A stretch of DNA of 64,000 nt, from NCBI RefSeq assembly GCF_009914755.1, contig NC_060936.1, one strand, 5' to 3'. Source of the stretch: the human T2T-CHM13v2.0 reference genome, Homo sapiens. The position numbers were made by a program, and so were the translations under genes. Each line of letters opens with the position of its first letter. Position 1 is the stretch's first letter. Below, one piece after another: positions 1 through 14,269 of the stretch. The notes beneath the pieces were generated by a model that saw only the letters and a program-made list of their open reading frames with translations, searched no databases and was not told where the DNA came from.

Positions 1-3000
1 GCGCTTGAAATCTCCAGCTGCAAATTCCACAAAAAGGGTGTTTAACATCTGCTCTTCTAAAGGAAAGTTCAACTCTATGAGTTGAATACACACAGCACAA
101 AGAAGTTACTGAGACTTCTCCTATCAAACATTATATGAAGAAATCCCGTTTCCAACGAAGGCCTCAAAGAGGTCCAAATATCTGCTTGCAGACTTTACAG
201 ACAGAATGTTTCCAAACTGCTCCATCAAAAGAAAGGTTAAACTCCTTGAGTTGAACACACACATCACAAAGTAGTTTCTGTGAATGATTCTGTCTAGTTT
301 TTATACGAAGATGTTTCCTTTTCTACCTTTGGTCTCCTCAAAGCGATTGAAATCTCCACATGGAAACTCCACAAAAAGAGTGTTTCAAATCTGCTCTTTC
401 TGAAGGAAGGTTCAACTCTGTGAGTTGAATACACACACCACAAATAAGTTACTGAGAATTCTTCTGTGTAACATTATATGAGGAAATCCCGTTTCCAACG
501 AAGGCCTCAAAGAGGTCCAAATATCCACTTGCAGACTTTACAAAGACAGTGTCTCCAAACTCCTCCATCAAAAGAAAGGTTATACTCTGTGAATTGAACG
601 CACACATCACAAAGTAGTTTCTGAGAATGATTCTGTCTAGTTTTTATACGAAGATATTTCCTTTTCTACATTTGGCCTAAAAGCGCTTGAAATCTCCACC
701 TGCAAATATCACAAAAAGAGGGTTTCACATCTGCTCTGTCTAAAGGACAGTTCACCTCTGTGAGTTGAATAGAGGCAACACAAAGAACTTACCCAGTATT
801 CTTCTTTCCAGCGTTCTCTGAAGAAATCCCGTTTCCAACGAAGGCCTCAAAGAGGTCCAAATATCTGCTTGCAGACTTTACAGACAGAGTGTTTCCAAAC
901 TACTCTATGAAAAGAAAGCTTAAACTCCTTGAGTTGAACGCACACATCACAAAGTAGTTTCTGAGAATGATTCTGTCTAGTTTTTATACGAAGATGTTTC
1001 CTTTTCTACATTTGGTCTCAAAGCGATTGAAATCTCCAACTGGAAACTGCACAAATAGGGTGTTTCAAATCTGCTCTGTCTAAAGGAAGGTTCAACTCTG
1101 TGAGTTGAATACACACACCACAAATAAGTTACTGAGAATTCTTCTGTCGAACATTACAGGAAGAAATCCCGTTTCCAACGAAGGCCTCAAAGAGGTCCAA
1201 ATATCCACTTGCAGACATTACAAACAGTGTGTTTCCCAACTGCTCCATCAAAAGAAAGGTTAAACTCTGTGAGCTGAACACACACATCAAAAAGAAGTTT
1301 CTGTGAATGATTCTGTCTAGATTTTATAAGAAGATGTTTCCTTTTCTACCGTAGGCCTCAAAGCGCTTGAAATCTCCAGCTGCAAATTCCACAAAAAGGG
1401 TGTTTAACATCTGCTCTTCTAAAGGAAAGTTCAACTCTATGAGTTGAATACACACAGCACAAAGAAGTTACTGAGACTTCTCCTATCAAACATTATATGA
1501 AGAAATCCCGTTTCCAACGAAGGCCTCAAAGAGGTCCAAATATCTGCTTGCAGACTTTACAGACAGAGTGTTTCCAAACTGCTCCATCAAAAGAAAGGTT
1601 AAACTCCTTGAGTTGAACACACACATCACAAAGTAGTTTCTGTGAATGATTCTGTCTAGTTTTTATACGAAGATGTTTCCTTTTCTACCTTTGGTCTCAA
1701 AGCGATTGAAATCTCCACATGGAAACTCCACAAAAAGAGTGTTTCAAATCTGCTCTTTCTGAAGGAAGGTTCAACTCTGTGAGTTGAATACACACACCAC
1801 AAATAAGTTACTGAGAATTCTTCTGTGTAACATTATATGAGGAAATCCCGTTTCCAACGAAGGCCTCAAAGAGGTCCAAATATCCACTTGCAGACTTTAC
1901 AAAGACAGTGTCTCCAAACTCCTCCATCAAAAGAAAGGTTATACTCTGTGAATTGAACGCACACATCACAAAGTAGTTTCTGAGAATGATTCTGTCTAGT
2001 TTTTATACGAAGATATTTCCTTTTCTACATTTGGCCTAAAAGCGCTTGAAATCTCCACCTGCAAATATCACAAAAAGAGGGTTTCACATCTGCTCTGTCT
2101 AAAGGACAGTTCACCTCTGTGAGTTGAATAGAGGCAACACAAAGAACTTACCCAGTATTCTTCTTTCTAGCGTTCTCTGAAGAAATCCCGTTTCCAACGA
2201 AGGCCTCAAAGAGGTCCAAATATCTGCTTGCAGACTTTACAGACAGAGTGTTTCCAAACTACTCTATGAAAAGAAAGCTTAAACTCCTTGAGTTGAACGC
2301 ACACATCACAAAGTAGTTTCTGAGAATGATTCTGTCTAGTTTTTATACGAAGATGTTTCCTTTTCTACATTTGGTCTCAAAGCGATTGAAATCTCCAACT
2401 GGAAACTGCACAAATAGGGTGTTTCAAATCTGCTCTGTCTAAAGGAAGGTTCAACTCTGTGAGTTGAATACACACACCACAAATAAGTTACTGAGAATTC
2501 TTCTGTCGAACATTACAGGAAGAAATCCCGTTTCCAACGAAGGCCTCAAAGAGGTCCAATTATCCACTTGCAGACATTAGAAACAGTGTGTTTCCCAACT
2601 GCTCCATCAAAAGAAAGGTTAAACTCTGTGAGCTGAACACACACATCAAAAAGAAGTTTCTGTGAATGATTCTGTCTAGATTTTATAAGAAGATGTTTCC
2701 TTTTCTACCGTAGGCCTCAAAGCGCTTGAAATCTCCAGCTGCAAATTCCACAAAAATGGTGTTTAACATCTGCTCTTCTAAAGGAAAGTTCAACTCTATG
2801 AGTTGAATACACACAGCACAAAGAAGTTACTGAGACTTCTCCTATCAAACATTATATGAAGAAATCCCGTTTCCAACGAAGGCCTCAAAGAGGTCCAAAT
2901 ATCTGCTTGCAGACTTTACAGACAGAGTGTTTCCAAACTGCTCCATCAAAAGAAAGGTTAAACTCCTTGAGTTGAACACACACATCACAAAGTAGTTTCT

Positions 3001-6000
3001 GTGAATGATTCTGTCTAGTTTTTATACGAAGATGTTTCCTTTTCTACCTTTGGTCTCAAAGCGATTGAAATCTCCACATGGAAACTCCACAAAAAGAGTG
3101 TTTCAAATCTGCTCTTTCTGAAGGAAGGTTCAACTCTGTGAGTTGAATACACACACCACAAATAAGTTACTGAGAATTCTTCTGTGTAACATTATATGAG
3201 GAAATCCCGTTTCCAACGAAGGCCCCAAAGAGGTCCAAATATCCACTTGCAGACTTTACAAAGACAGTGTCTCCAAACTCCTCCATCAAAAGAAAGGTTA
3301 TACTCTGTGAATTGAACGCACACATCACAAAGTAGTTTCTGAGAATGATTCTGTCTAGTTTTTATACGAAGATATTTCCTTTTCTACATTTGGCCTAAAA
3401 GCGCTTGAAATCTCCACCTGCAAATATCACAAAAAGAGGGTTTCACATCTGCTCTGTCTAAAGGACAGTTCACCTCTGTGAGTTGAATAGAGGCAACACA
3501 AAGAACTTACCCAGTATTCTTCTTTCCAGCGTTCTCTGAAGAAATCCCGTTTCCAACGAAGGCCTCAAAGAGGTCCAAATATCTGCTTGCAGACTTTACA
3601 GACAGAGTGTTTCCAAACTACTCTATGAAAAGAAAGCTTAAACTCCTTGAGTTGAACGCACACATCACAAAGTAGTTTCTGAGAATGATTCTGTCTAGTT
3701 TTTATACGAAGATGTTTCCTTTTCTACATTTGGTCTCAAAGCGATTGAAATCTCCAACTGGAAACTGCACAAATAGGGTGTTTCAAATCTGCTCTGTCTA
3801 AAGGAAGGTTCAACTCTGTGAGTTGAATACACACACCACAAATAAGTTACTGAGAATTCTTCTGTCGAACATTACAGGAAGAAATCCCGTTTCCAACGAA
3901 GGCCTCAAAGAGGTCCAAATATCCACTTGCAGACATTACAAACAGTGTGTTTCCCAACTGCTCCATCAAAAGAAAGGTTAAACTCTGTGAGCTGAACACA
4001 CACATCAAAAAGAAGTTTCTGTGAATGATTCTGTCTAGATTTTATAAGAAGATGTTTCCTTTTCTACCGTAGGCCTCAAAGCGCTTGAAATCTCCAGCTG
4101 CAAATTCCACAAAAAGGGTGTTTAACATCTGCTCTTCTAAAGGAAAGTTCAACTCTATGAGTTGAATACACACAGCACAAAGAAGTTACTGAGACTTCTC
4201 CTATCAAACATTATATGAAGAAATCCCGTTTCCAACGAAGGCCTCAAAGAGGTCCAAATATCTGCTTGCAGACTTTACAGACAGAGTGTTTCCAAACTGC
4301 TCCATCAAAAGAAAGGTTAAACTCCTTGAGTTGAACACACACATCACAAAGTAGTTTCTGTGAATGATTCTGTCTAGTTTTTATACGAAGATGTTTCCTT
4401 TTCTACCTTTGGTCTCAAAGCGATTGAAATCTCCACATGGAAACTCCACAAAAAGAGTGTTTCAAATCTGCTCTTTCTGAAGGAAGGTTCAACTCTGTGA
4501 GTTGAATACACACACCACAAATAAGTTACTGAGAATTCTTCTGTGTAACATTATATGAGGAAATCCCGTTTCCAACGAAGGCCTCAAAGAGGTCCAAATA
4601 TCCACTTGCAGACTTTACAAAGACAGTGTCTCCAAACTCCTCCATCAAAAGAAAGGTTATACTCTGTGAATTGAACGCACACATCACAAAGTAGTTTCTG
4701 AGAATGATTCTGTCTAGTTTTTATACGAAGATATTTCCTTTTCTACATTTGGCCTAAAAGCGCTTGAAATCTCCACCTGCAAATATCACAAAAAGAGGGT
4801 TTCACATCTGCTCTGTCTAAAGGACAGTTCACCTCTGTGAGTTGAATAGAGGCAACACAAAGAACTTACCCAGTATTCTTCTTTCTAGCGTTCTCTGAAG
4901 AAATCCCGTTTCCAACGAAGGCCTCAAAGAGGTCCAAATATCTGCTTGCAGACTTTACAGACAGAGTGTTTCCAAACTACTCTATGAAAAGAAAGCTTAA
5001 ACCCCTTGAGTTGAACGCACACATCACAAAGTAGTTTCTGAGAATGATTCTGTCTAGTTTTTATATGAAGATGTTTCCTTTTCTACATTTGGTCTCAAAG
5101 CGATTGAAATCTCCAACTGGAAACTGCACAAATAGGGTGTTTCAAATCTGCTCTGTCTAAAGGAAGGTTCAACTCTGTGAGTTGAATACACACACCACAA
5201 ATAAGTTACTGAGAATTCTTCTGTCGAACATTACAGGAAGAAATCCCGTTTCCAACGAAGGCCTCAAAGAGGTCCAAATATCCACTTGCAGACATTACAA
5301 ACAGTTTGTTTCCCAACTGCTCCATCAAAAGAAAGGTTAAACTCTGTGAGCTGAACACACACATCAAAAAGAAGTTTCTGTGAATGATTCTGTCTAGATT
5401 TTATAAGAAGATGTTTCCTTTTCTACCGTAGGCCTCAAAGCGCTTGAAATCTCCAGCTGCAAATTCCACAAAAATGGTGTTTAACATCTGCTCTTCTAAA
5501 GGAAAGTTCAACTCTATGAGTTGAATACACACAGCACAAAGAAGTTACTGAGACTTCTCCTATCAAACATTATATGAAGAAATCCCGTTTCCAACGAAGG
5601 CCTCAAAGAGGTCCAAATATCTGGTTGCAGACTTTACAGACAGAGTGTTTCCAAACTGCTCCATCAAAAGAAAGGTTAAACTCCTTGAGTTGAACACACA
5701 CATCACAAAGTAGTTTCTGTGAATGATTCTGTCTAGTTTTTATACGAAGATGTTTCCTTTTCTACATTTGGTCTCAAAGCGATTGAAATCTCCACATGGA
5801 AACTCCACAAAAAGAGTGTTTCAAATCTGCTCTTTCTGAAGGAAGGTTCAACTCTGTGAGTTGAATACACACGCCACAAATAAGTTACTGAGAATTCTTC
5901 TGTGTAACATTATATGAGGAAATCCCGTTTCCAACGAAGGCCTCAAAGAGGTCCAAATATCCACTTGCAGACTTTACAAAGACAGTGTCTCCAAACTCCT

Positions 6001-8157
6001 CCATCAAAAGAAAGGTTATACTCTGTGAATTGAACGCACACATCACAAAGTAGTTTCTGAGAATGATTCTGTCTAGTTTTTATACGAAGATATTTCCTTT
6101 TCTACATTTGGCCTAAAAGCGCTTGAAATCTCCACCTGCAAATATCACAAAAAGAGGGTTTCACAACTGCTCTGTCTAAAGGACAGTTCACCTCTGTGAG
6201 TTGAATAGAGGCAACACAAAGAACTTACCCAGTATTCTTCTTTCCAGCGTTCTCTGAAGAAATCCCGTTTCCAACGAAGGCCTCAAAGAGGTCCAAATAT
6301 CTGCTTGCAGACTTTACAGACAGAGTGTTTCCAAACTACTCTATGAAAAGAAAGCTTAAACTCCTTGAGTTGAATGCACACATCACAAAGTAGTTTCTGA
6401 GAATGATTCTGTCTAGTTTTTATACGAAGATGTTTCCTTTTCTACATTTGGTCTCAAAGCGATTGAAATCTCCAACTGGAAACTGCACAAATAGGGTGTT
6501 TCAAATCTGCTCTGTCTAAAGGAAGGTTCAACTCTGTGAGTTGAATACACACACCACAAATAAGTTACTGAGAATTCTTCTGTCGAACATTACAGGAAGA
6601 AATCCCGTTTCCAACGAAGGCCTCAAAGAGGTCCAAATATCCACTTGGAGACATTACAAACAGTGTGTTTCCCAACTGCTCCATCAAAAGAAAGGTTAAA
6701 CTCTGTGAGCTGAACACACACATCAAAAAGAAGTTTCTGTGAATGATTCTGTCTAGATTTTATAAGAAGATGTTTCCTTTTCTACCGTAGGCCTCAAAGC
6801 GCTTGAAATCTCCAGCTGCAAATTCCACAAAAAGGGTGTTTAACATCTGCTCTTCTAAAGGAAAGTTCAACTCTATGAGTTGAATACACACAGCACAAAG
6901 AAGTTACTGAGACTTCTCCTATCAAACATTATATGAAGAAATCCCGTTTCCAACGAAGGCCTCAAAGAGGTCCAAATATCTGCTTGCAGACTTTACAGAC
7001 AGAGTGTTTCCAAACTGCTCCATCAAAAGAAAGGTTAAACTCCTTGAGTTGAACACACACATCACAAAGTAGTTTCTGTGAATGATTCTGTCTAGTTTTT
7101 ATACGAAGATGTTTCCTTTTCTACCTTTGGTCTCAAAGCGATTGAAATCTCCACATGGAAACTCCACAAAAAGAGTGTTTCAAATCTGCTCTTTCTGAAG
7201 GAAGGTTCAACTCTGTGAGTTGAATACACACGCCACAAATAAGTTACTGAGAATTCTTCTGTGTAACATTATATGAGGAAATCCCGTTTCCAACGAAGGC
7301 CTCAAAGAGGTCCAAATATCCACTTGCAGACTTTACAAAGACAGTGTCTCCAAACTCCTCCATCAAAAGAAAGGTTATACTCTGTGAATTGAACGCACAC
7401 ATCACAAAGTAGTTTCTGAGAATGATTCTGTCTAGTTTTTATACGAAGATATTTCCTTTTCTACATTTGGCCTAAAAGCGCTTGAAATCTCCACCTGCAA
7501 ATATCACAAAAAGAGGGTTTCACATCTGCTCTGTCTAAAGGACAGTTCACCTCTGTGAGTTGAATAGAGGCAACACAAAGAACTTACTCAGTATTCTTCT
7601 TTCTAGCGTTCTCTGAAGAAATCCCGTTTCCAACGAAGGCCTCAAAGAGGTCCAAATATCTGCTTGCAGACTTTACAGACAGAGTGTTTCCAAACTACTC
7701 TATGAAAAGAAAGCTTAAACTCCTTGAGTTGAACGCACACATCACAAAGTAGTTTCTGAGAATGATTCTGTCTAGTTTTTATACGAAGATGTTTCCTTTT
7801 CTACATTTGGTCTCAAAGCGATTGAAATCTCCAACTGGAAACTGCACAAATAGGGTGTTTCAAATCTGCTCTGTCTAAAGGAAGGTTCAACTCTGTGAGT
7901 TGAATACACACACCACAAATAAGTTACTGAGAATTCTTCTGTCGAACATTACAGGAAGAAATCCCGTTTCCAACGAAGGCCTCAAAGAGGTCCAAATATC
8001 CACTTGCAGACATTACAAACAGTGTGTTTCCCAACTGCTCCATCAAAAGAAAGGTTAAACTCTGTGAGCTGAACACACACATCAAAAAGAAGTTTCTGTG
8101 AATGATTCTGTCTAGATTTTATAAGAAGATGTTTCCTTTTCTACCGTAGGCCTCAAA
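1..8157 (-). repeat. Six 8-mer HOR copies of the 1359-bp haplotype
   Basis: Unit starts at 1, 1363, 2722, 4081, 5440, 6799. The first unit is 1362 bp owing to a 3-bp insertion. All have gaggtccaaa (no C deletion) and gttctctga in the third dimer. Confidence 0.93.
144..160 (-). promoter_or_regulatory. CENP-B box (first of roughly 188, one per ~340 bp)
   Basis: + strand tcccgtttccaacgaag is the reverse complement of CTTCGTTGGAAACGGGA, the canonical 17-bp box. There are 4 per 8-mer and 6 per 12-mer. Confidence 0.97.
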
Positions 8158-11100
8158 GCGCTTGAAATCTCCAGCTGCAAATTCCACAAAAATGGTGTTT
8201 AACATCTGCTCTTCTAAAGGAAAGTTCAACTCTATGAGTTGAATACACACAGCACAAAGAAGTTACTGAGACTTCTCCTATCAAACATTATATGAAGAAA
8301 TCCCGTTTCCAACGAAGGCCTCAAAGAGGTCCAAATATCTGTTTGCAGACTTTACAGACAGTGTGTTTCCAAACTGCTCCATCAAAAGAAAGGTTAAACT
8401 CCTTGAGTTGAACACACACATCACAAAGTAGTTTCTGTGAATGATTCTGTCTAGTTTTTATACGAAGATGTTTCCTTTTCTACCTTTGGTCTCAAAGCGA
8501 TTGAAATCTCCACATGGAAACTCCACAAAAAGAGTGTTTCAAATCTGCTCTTTCTGAAGGAAGCTTCAACTCTGTGAGTTGAATACACACACCACAAATA
8601 AGTTACTGAGAATTCTTCTGTGTAACATTATATGAGGAAATCCCGTTTCCAACGAAGGCCTTAAAGAGGTCCAAATATCCACTTGCAGACTTTACAAAGA
8701 CAGTGTCTCCAAACTCCTCCATCAAAAGAAAGGTTATACTCTGTGAATTGAACGCACACATCACAAAGTAGTTTCTGAGAATGATTCTGTCTAGTTTTTA
8801 TACGAAGATATTTCCTTTTCTACAATTGGCCTAAAAGCGCTTGAAATCTCCACCTGCAAATATCACAAAAAGAGGGTTTCACATCTGCTCTGTCTAAAGG
8901 ACAGTTCACCTCTGTGAGTTGAATAGAGGCAACACAAAGAAATTACTCAGTATTCTTCTTTCTAGCGTTCTATGAAGAAATCCCGTTTCCAACGAAGGCC
9001 TCAAAGAGGTCAAATATCTGCTTGCAGACTTTACAGACAGAGTGTTTCCAAACTACTCTATGAAAAGAAAGCTTAAACTCCTTGAGTTGAACGCACACAT
9101 CACAAAGTAGTTTCTGAGAATGATTCTGTCTAGTTTTTATACGAAGATGTTTCCTTTCCTACATTTGGTCTCAAAGCGATTGAAATCTCCAACTGGAAAC
9201 TGCACAAATAGGCTGTTTCAAATCTGCTCTGTCTAAAGGAAGGTTCAGCTCTGTGAGTTGAATACACACACCACAAATAAGTTACTGAGAATTCTTCTGT
9301 CGAACATTACAGGAAGAAATCCCGTTTCCAATGAAGGCCTCAAAGAGGTCCAAATATCCACTTGCGGACATTACAAACAGTGTGTTTCCCAACTGCTCCA
9401 TCAAAAGAAAGGTTAAACTCTGTGAGCTGAACACACACATCAAAAAGAAGTTTCTGTGAATGATTCTGTCTAGATTTTATAAGAAGATGTTTCCTTTTCT
9501 ACCGTAGGCCTCAAAGCGCTTGAAATCTCCAGCTGCAAATTCCACAAAAAGGGTGTTTAACATCTGCTCTTCTAAAGGAAAGTTCAACTCTATGAGTTCA
9601 ATACACACAGCACAAAGAAGTTACTGAGACTTCTCCTATCAAACATTATATGAAGAAATCCCGCTTCCAACGAAGGCCTCAAAGAGGTCCAAATATCTGC
9701 TTGCAGACTTTACAGACAGAGTGTTTCCAAACTGCTCCATCAAAAGAAAGGTGAAACTCCTTGAGTTGAACACACACATCACAAAGTAGTTTCTGTGAAT
9801 GATTCTGTCTAGTTTTTATACGAAGATGTTTCCTTTTCTACCTTTGGTCTCAAAGCGATTGAAATCTCCACATGGAAACTCCACAAAAAGAGTGTTTCAA
9901 ATCTGCTCTTTCTGAAGGAAGGTTCAACTCTGTGAGTTGAATACACACACCACAAATAAGTTACTGAGAATTCTTCTGTGTAACATTATATGAGGAAATC
10001 CCGTTTCCAACGAAGGCCTCAAAGAGGTCCAAATATCCACTTGCAGACTTTACAAAGACAGTGTCTCCAAACTCCTCCATCAAAAGAAAGTTTATACTCT
10101 GTGAATTGAACGCACACATCACAAAGTAGTTTCTGAGAATGATTCTGTCTAGTTTTTATACGAAGATATTTCCTTTTCTACATTTGGCCTAAAAGCGCTT
10201 GAAATCTCCACCTGCAAATATCACAAAAAGAGGGTTTCACATCTGCTCTGTCTAAAGGACAGTTCACCTCTGTGAGTTGAATAGAGGCAACACAAAGAAC
10301 TTACTCAGTATTCTTCTTTCTAGCGTTCTCTGAAGAAATCCCGTTTCCAACGAAGGCCTCAAAGAGGTCAAATATCTGCTTGCAGACTTTACAGACAGAG
10401 TGTTTCCAAACTACTCTATGAAAAGAAAGCTTAAACTCCTTGAGTTGAATGCACACATCACAAAGTAGTTTCTGAGAATGATTCTGTCTAGTTTTTATAC
10501 GAAGATGTTTCCTTTTCTACATTTGGTCTCAAAGCGATTGAAATCTCCAACTGGAAACTGCACAAATAGGCTGTTTCAAATCTGCTCTGTCTAAAGGAAG
10601 GTTCAGCTCTGTGTGTTGAATACACACACCACAAATAAGTTACTGAGAATTCTTCTGTCGAACATTACAGGAAGAAATCCCGTTTCCAACGAAGGCCTCA
10701 AAGAGGTCCAAATATCCACTTGCGGACATTACAAACAGTGTGTTTCCCAACTGCTCCATCAAAAGAAAGGTTAAACTCTGTGAGCTGAACACACACATCA
10801 AAAAGAAGTTTCTGTGAATGATTCTGTCTAGATTTTATAAGAAGATGTTTCCTTTTCTACCGTAGGCCTCAAAGCGCTTGAAATCTCCAGCTGCAAATTC
10901 CACAAAAAGGGTGTTTAACATCTGCTCTTCTAAAGGAAAGTTCAACTCTATGAGTTGAATACACACAGCACAAAGAAGTTACTGAGACTTCTCCTATCAA
11001 ACATTATATGAAGAAATCCCGTTTCCAACGAAGGCCTCAAAGAGGTCCAAATGTCTGCTTGCAGACTTTACAGACAGAGTGTTTCCAAACTGCTCCATCA

Positions 11101-12231
11101 AAAGAAAGGTTAAACTCCTTGAGTTGAACACACACATCACAAAGTAGTTTCTGTGAATGATTCTGTCTAGTTTTTATACGAAGATGTTTCCTTTTCTACC
11201 TTTGGTCTCAAAGCGATTGAAATCTCCACATGGAAACTCCACAAAAAGAGTGTTTCAAATCTGCTCTTTCTGAAGGAAGGTTCAACTCTGTGAGTTGAAT
11301 ACACACACCACAAATAAGTTACTGAGAATTCTTCTGTGTAACATTATATGAGGAAATCCCGTTTCCAACGAAGGCCTCAAAGAGGTCCAAATATCCACTT
11401 GCAGACTTTACAAAGACAGTGTCTCCAAACTCCTCCATCAAAAGAAAGGTTATACTCTGTGAATTGAACGCACACATCACAAAGTAGTTTCTGAGAATGA
11501 TTCTGTCTAGTTTTTATACGAAGATATTTCCTTTTCTACATTTGGCCTAAAAGCGCTTGAAATCTCCACCTGCAAATATCACAAAAAGAGGGTTTCACAT
11601 CTGCTCTGTCTAAAGGACAGTTCACCTCTGTGAGTTGAATAGAGGCAACACAAAGAACTTACTCAGTATTCTTCTTTCTAGCGTTCTATGAAGAAATCCC
11701 GTTTCCAACGAAGGCCTCAAAGAGGTCAAATATCTGCTTGCAGACTTTACAGACAGAGTGTTTCCAAACTACTCTATGAAAAGAAAGCTTAAACTCCTTG
11801 AGTTGAACGCACACATCACAAAGTAGTTTCTGAGAATGATTCTGTCTAGTTTTTATACGAAGATGTTTCCTTTTCTACATTTGGTCTCAAAGCTCTTGAA
11901 ATCTCCAACTGGAAACTGCACAAATAGGCTGTTTCAAATCTGCTCTGTCTAAAGGAAGGTTCAACTCTGTGAGTTGAATACACACACCACAAATAAGTTA
12001 CTGAGAATCCTTCTGTCGAACATTACTTGAAGAAATCCCGTTTCCAACGAAGGCCTCAAAGAGGTCCAAATATCCACTTGCAGACGTTACAAACAGAGTG
12101 TTTCCAAACTGCTCCATCAAAAGAAAGGTTAAACTCTGTGAGCTGAACACACACATCAAAAAGAAGTTTCTGTGAATGATTCTGTCTAGATTTTATAAGA
12201 AGATGTTTCCTTTTCTACCGTAGGCCTCAAA
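8158..12231 (-). repeat. Three 8-mer HOR copies of the 1358-bp haplotype
   Basis: Starts at 8158, 9516, 10874; each carries the 1-bp deletion gaggtcaaata. Confidence 0.92.
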
Positions 12232-14269
12232 GCGCTTGAAATCTCCAGCTGCAAATTCCACAAAAAGGGTGTTTAACATCTGCTCTTCTAAAGGAAAGTT
12301 CAACTCTATGAGTTGAATACACACAGCACAAAGAAGTTACTGAGACTTCTCCTATCAAACATTATATGAAGAAATCCCGTTTCCAACGAAGGCCTCAAAG
12401 AGGTCCAAATATCTGCTTGCAGACTTTACAGACAGAGTGTTTCCAAACTGCTCCATCAAAAGAAAGGTTAAACTCCTTGAGTTGAACACACACATCACAA
12501 AGTAGTTTCTGTGAATGATTCTGTCTAGTTTTTATACGAAGATGTTTCCTTTTCTACCTTTGGTCTCAAAGCGATTGAAATCTCCACATGGAAACTCCAC
12601 AAAAAGAGTGTTTCAAATCTGCTCTTTCTGAAGGAAGGTTCAACTCTGTGAGTTGAATACACACACCACAAATAAGTTACTGAGAATTCTTCTGTGTAAC
12701 ATTATATGAGGAAATCCCGTTTCCAACGAAGGCCTCAAAGAGGTCCAAATATCCACTTGCAGACTTTACAAAGACAGTGTCTCCAAACTCCTCCATCAAA
12801 AGAAAGGTTATACTCTGTGAATTGAACGCACACATCACAAAGTAGTTTCTGAGAATGATTCTGTCCAGTTTTTATACGAAGATATTTCCTTTTCTACATT
12901 TGGCCTAAAAGCGCTTGAAATCTCCACCTGCAAATATCACAAAAAGAGGGTTTCACATCTCCTCTGTCTAAAGGACAGTTCACCTCTGTGAGTTGAATAG
13001 AGGCAACACAAAGAACTTACTCAGTATTCTTCTTTCTAGCATTCTATGAAGAAATCCCGTTTCCAACGAAGGCCCCAAAGAGGTCCAAATATCTGCTTGC
13101 AGACTTTACAGACAGAGTTTTTCGAAACTGCTCCATCAAAAGAAAGGTTAAACTCCTTGAGTTGAACACACACATCACAAAGTAGTTTCTGAGAATGATT
13201 CTGTCTAGTTTTTATACGAAGATGTTTCCTTTTCTACCTTTGGTCTCAAAGCGATTGAAATCTCCACATGGAAACTCCACAAAAAGAGTGTTTCAAATCT
13301 GCTCTTTGTGAAGGAAGGTTCAAATCTGTGAGTTGAATACAGACACCACAAATAAGTTACTGAGAATTCTTCTGTGTAACATTATATGAGGAAATCCCGT
13401 TTCCAACGAAGGCCTCAAAGAGGTCCAAATATCCACTTGCAGACTTTACAAAGACAGTGTCTCCAAACTCCTCCATCAAAAGAAAGGTTATACTCTGTGA
13501 ATTGAACGCACACATCACAAAGTAGTTTCTGAGAATGATTCTGTCTAGTTTTTATACAAAGATATTTCCTTTTCTACATTTGGCCTAAAAGCGCTTGAAA
13601 TCTCCACCTGCAAATATCACAAAAAGAGGGTTTCACATCTGCTCTGTCTAAAGGACAGTTCACCTCTGTGAATTGAATAGAGGCAACACAAAGAACTTAC
13701 TCAGTATTCTTCTTTCTAGCGTTCTATGAAGAAATCCCGTTTCCAACGAAGGCCTTAAAGAGGTCAAATATCTGCTTGCAGACTTTACAGACAGAGTGTT
13801 TCCAAACTACTCTATGAAAAGAAAGCTTAAACTCCTTGAGTTGAACGCACACATCACAAAGTAGTTTCTGAGAATGATTCTGTCTAGTTTTTATACGAAG
13901 ATGTTTCCTTTTCTACATTTGGTCTCAAAGCGATTGAAATCTCCAACTGGAAACTGCACAAATAGGGTGTTTCAAATCTGCTCTGTCTAAAGGAAGGTTC
14001 AACTCTGTGAGTTGAATACACACACCACAAATAAGTTACTGAGAATTCTTCTGTCGAACATTACTTGAAGAAATCCCGTTTCCAACGAAGGCCTCAAAGA
14101 GGTCCAAATATCCACTTGCAGACGTTACAAACAGAGTGTTTCCAAACTGCTCCATCAAAAGAAAGGTTAAACTCTGTGAGCTGAACACACACATCAAAAA
14201 GAAGTTTCTGTGAATGATTCTGTCTAGATTTTATAAGAAGATGTTTCCTTTTCTACCGTAGGCCTCAAA
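12232..14269 (-). repeat. 12-mer HOR variant (2038 bp)
   Basis: The block containing ctccacatgg...ctccacctgc...agaggcaac occurs twice, 680 bp apart, before the HindIII-bearing monomer. Confidence 0.93.
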
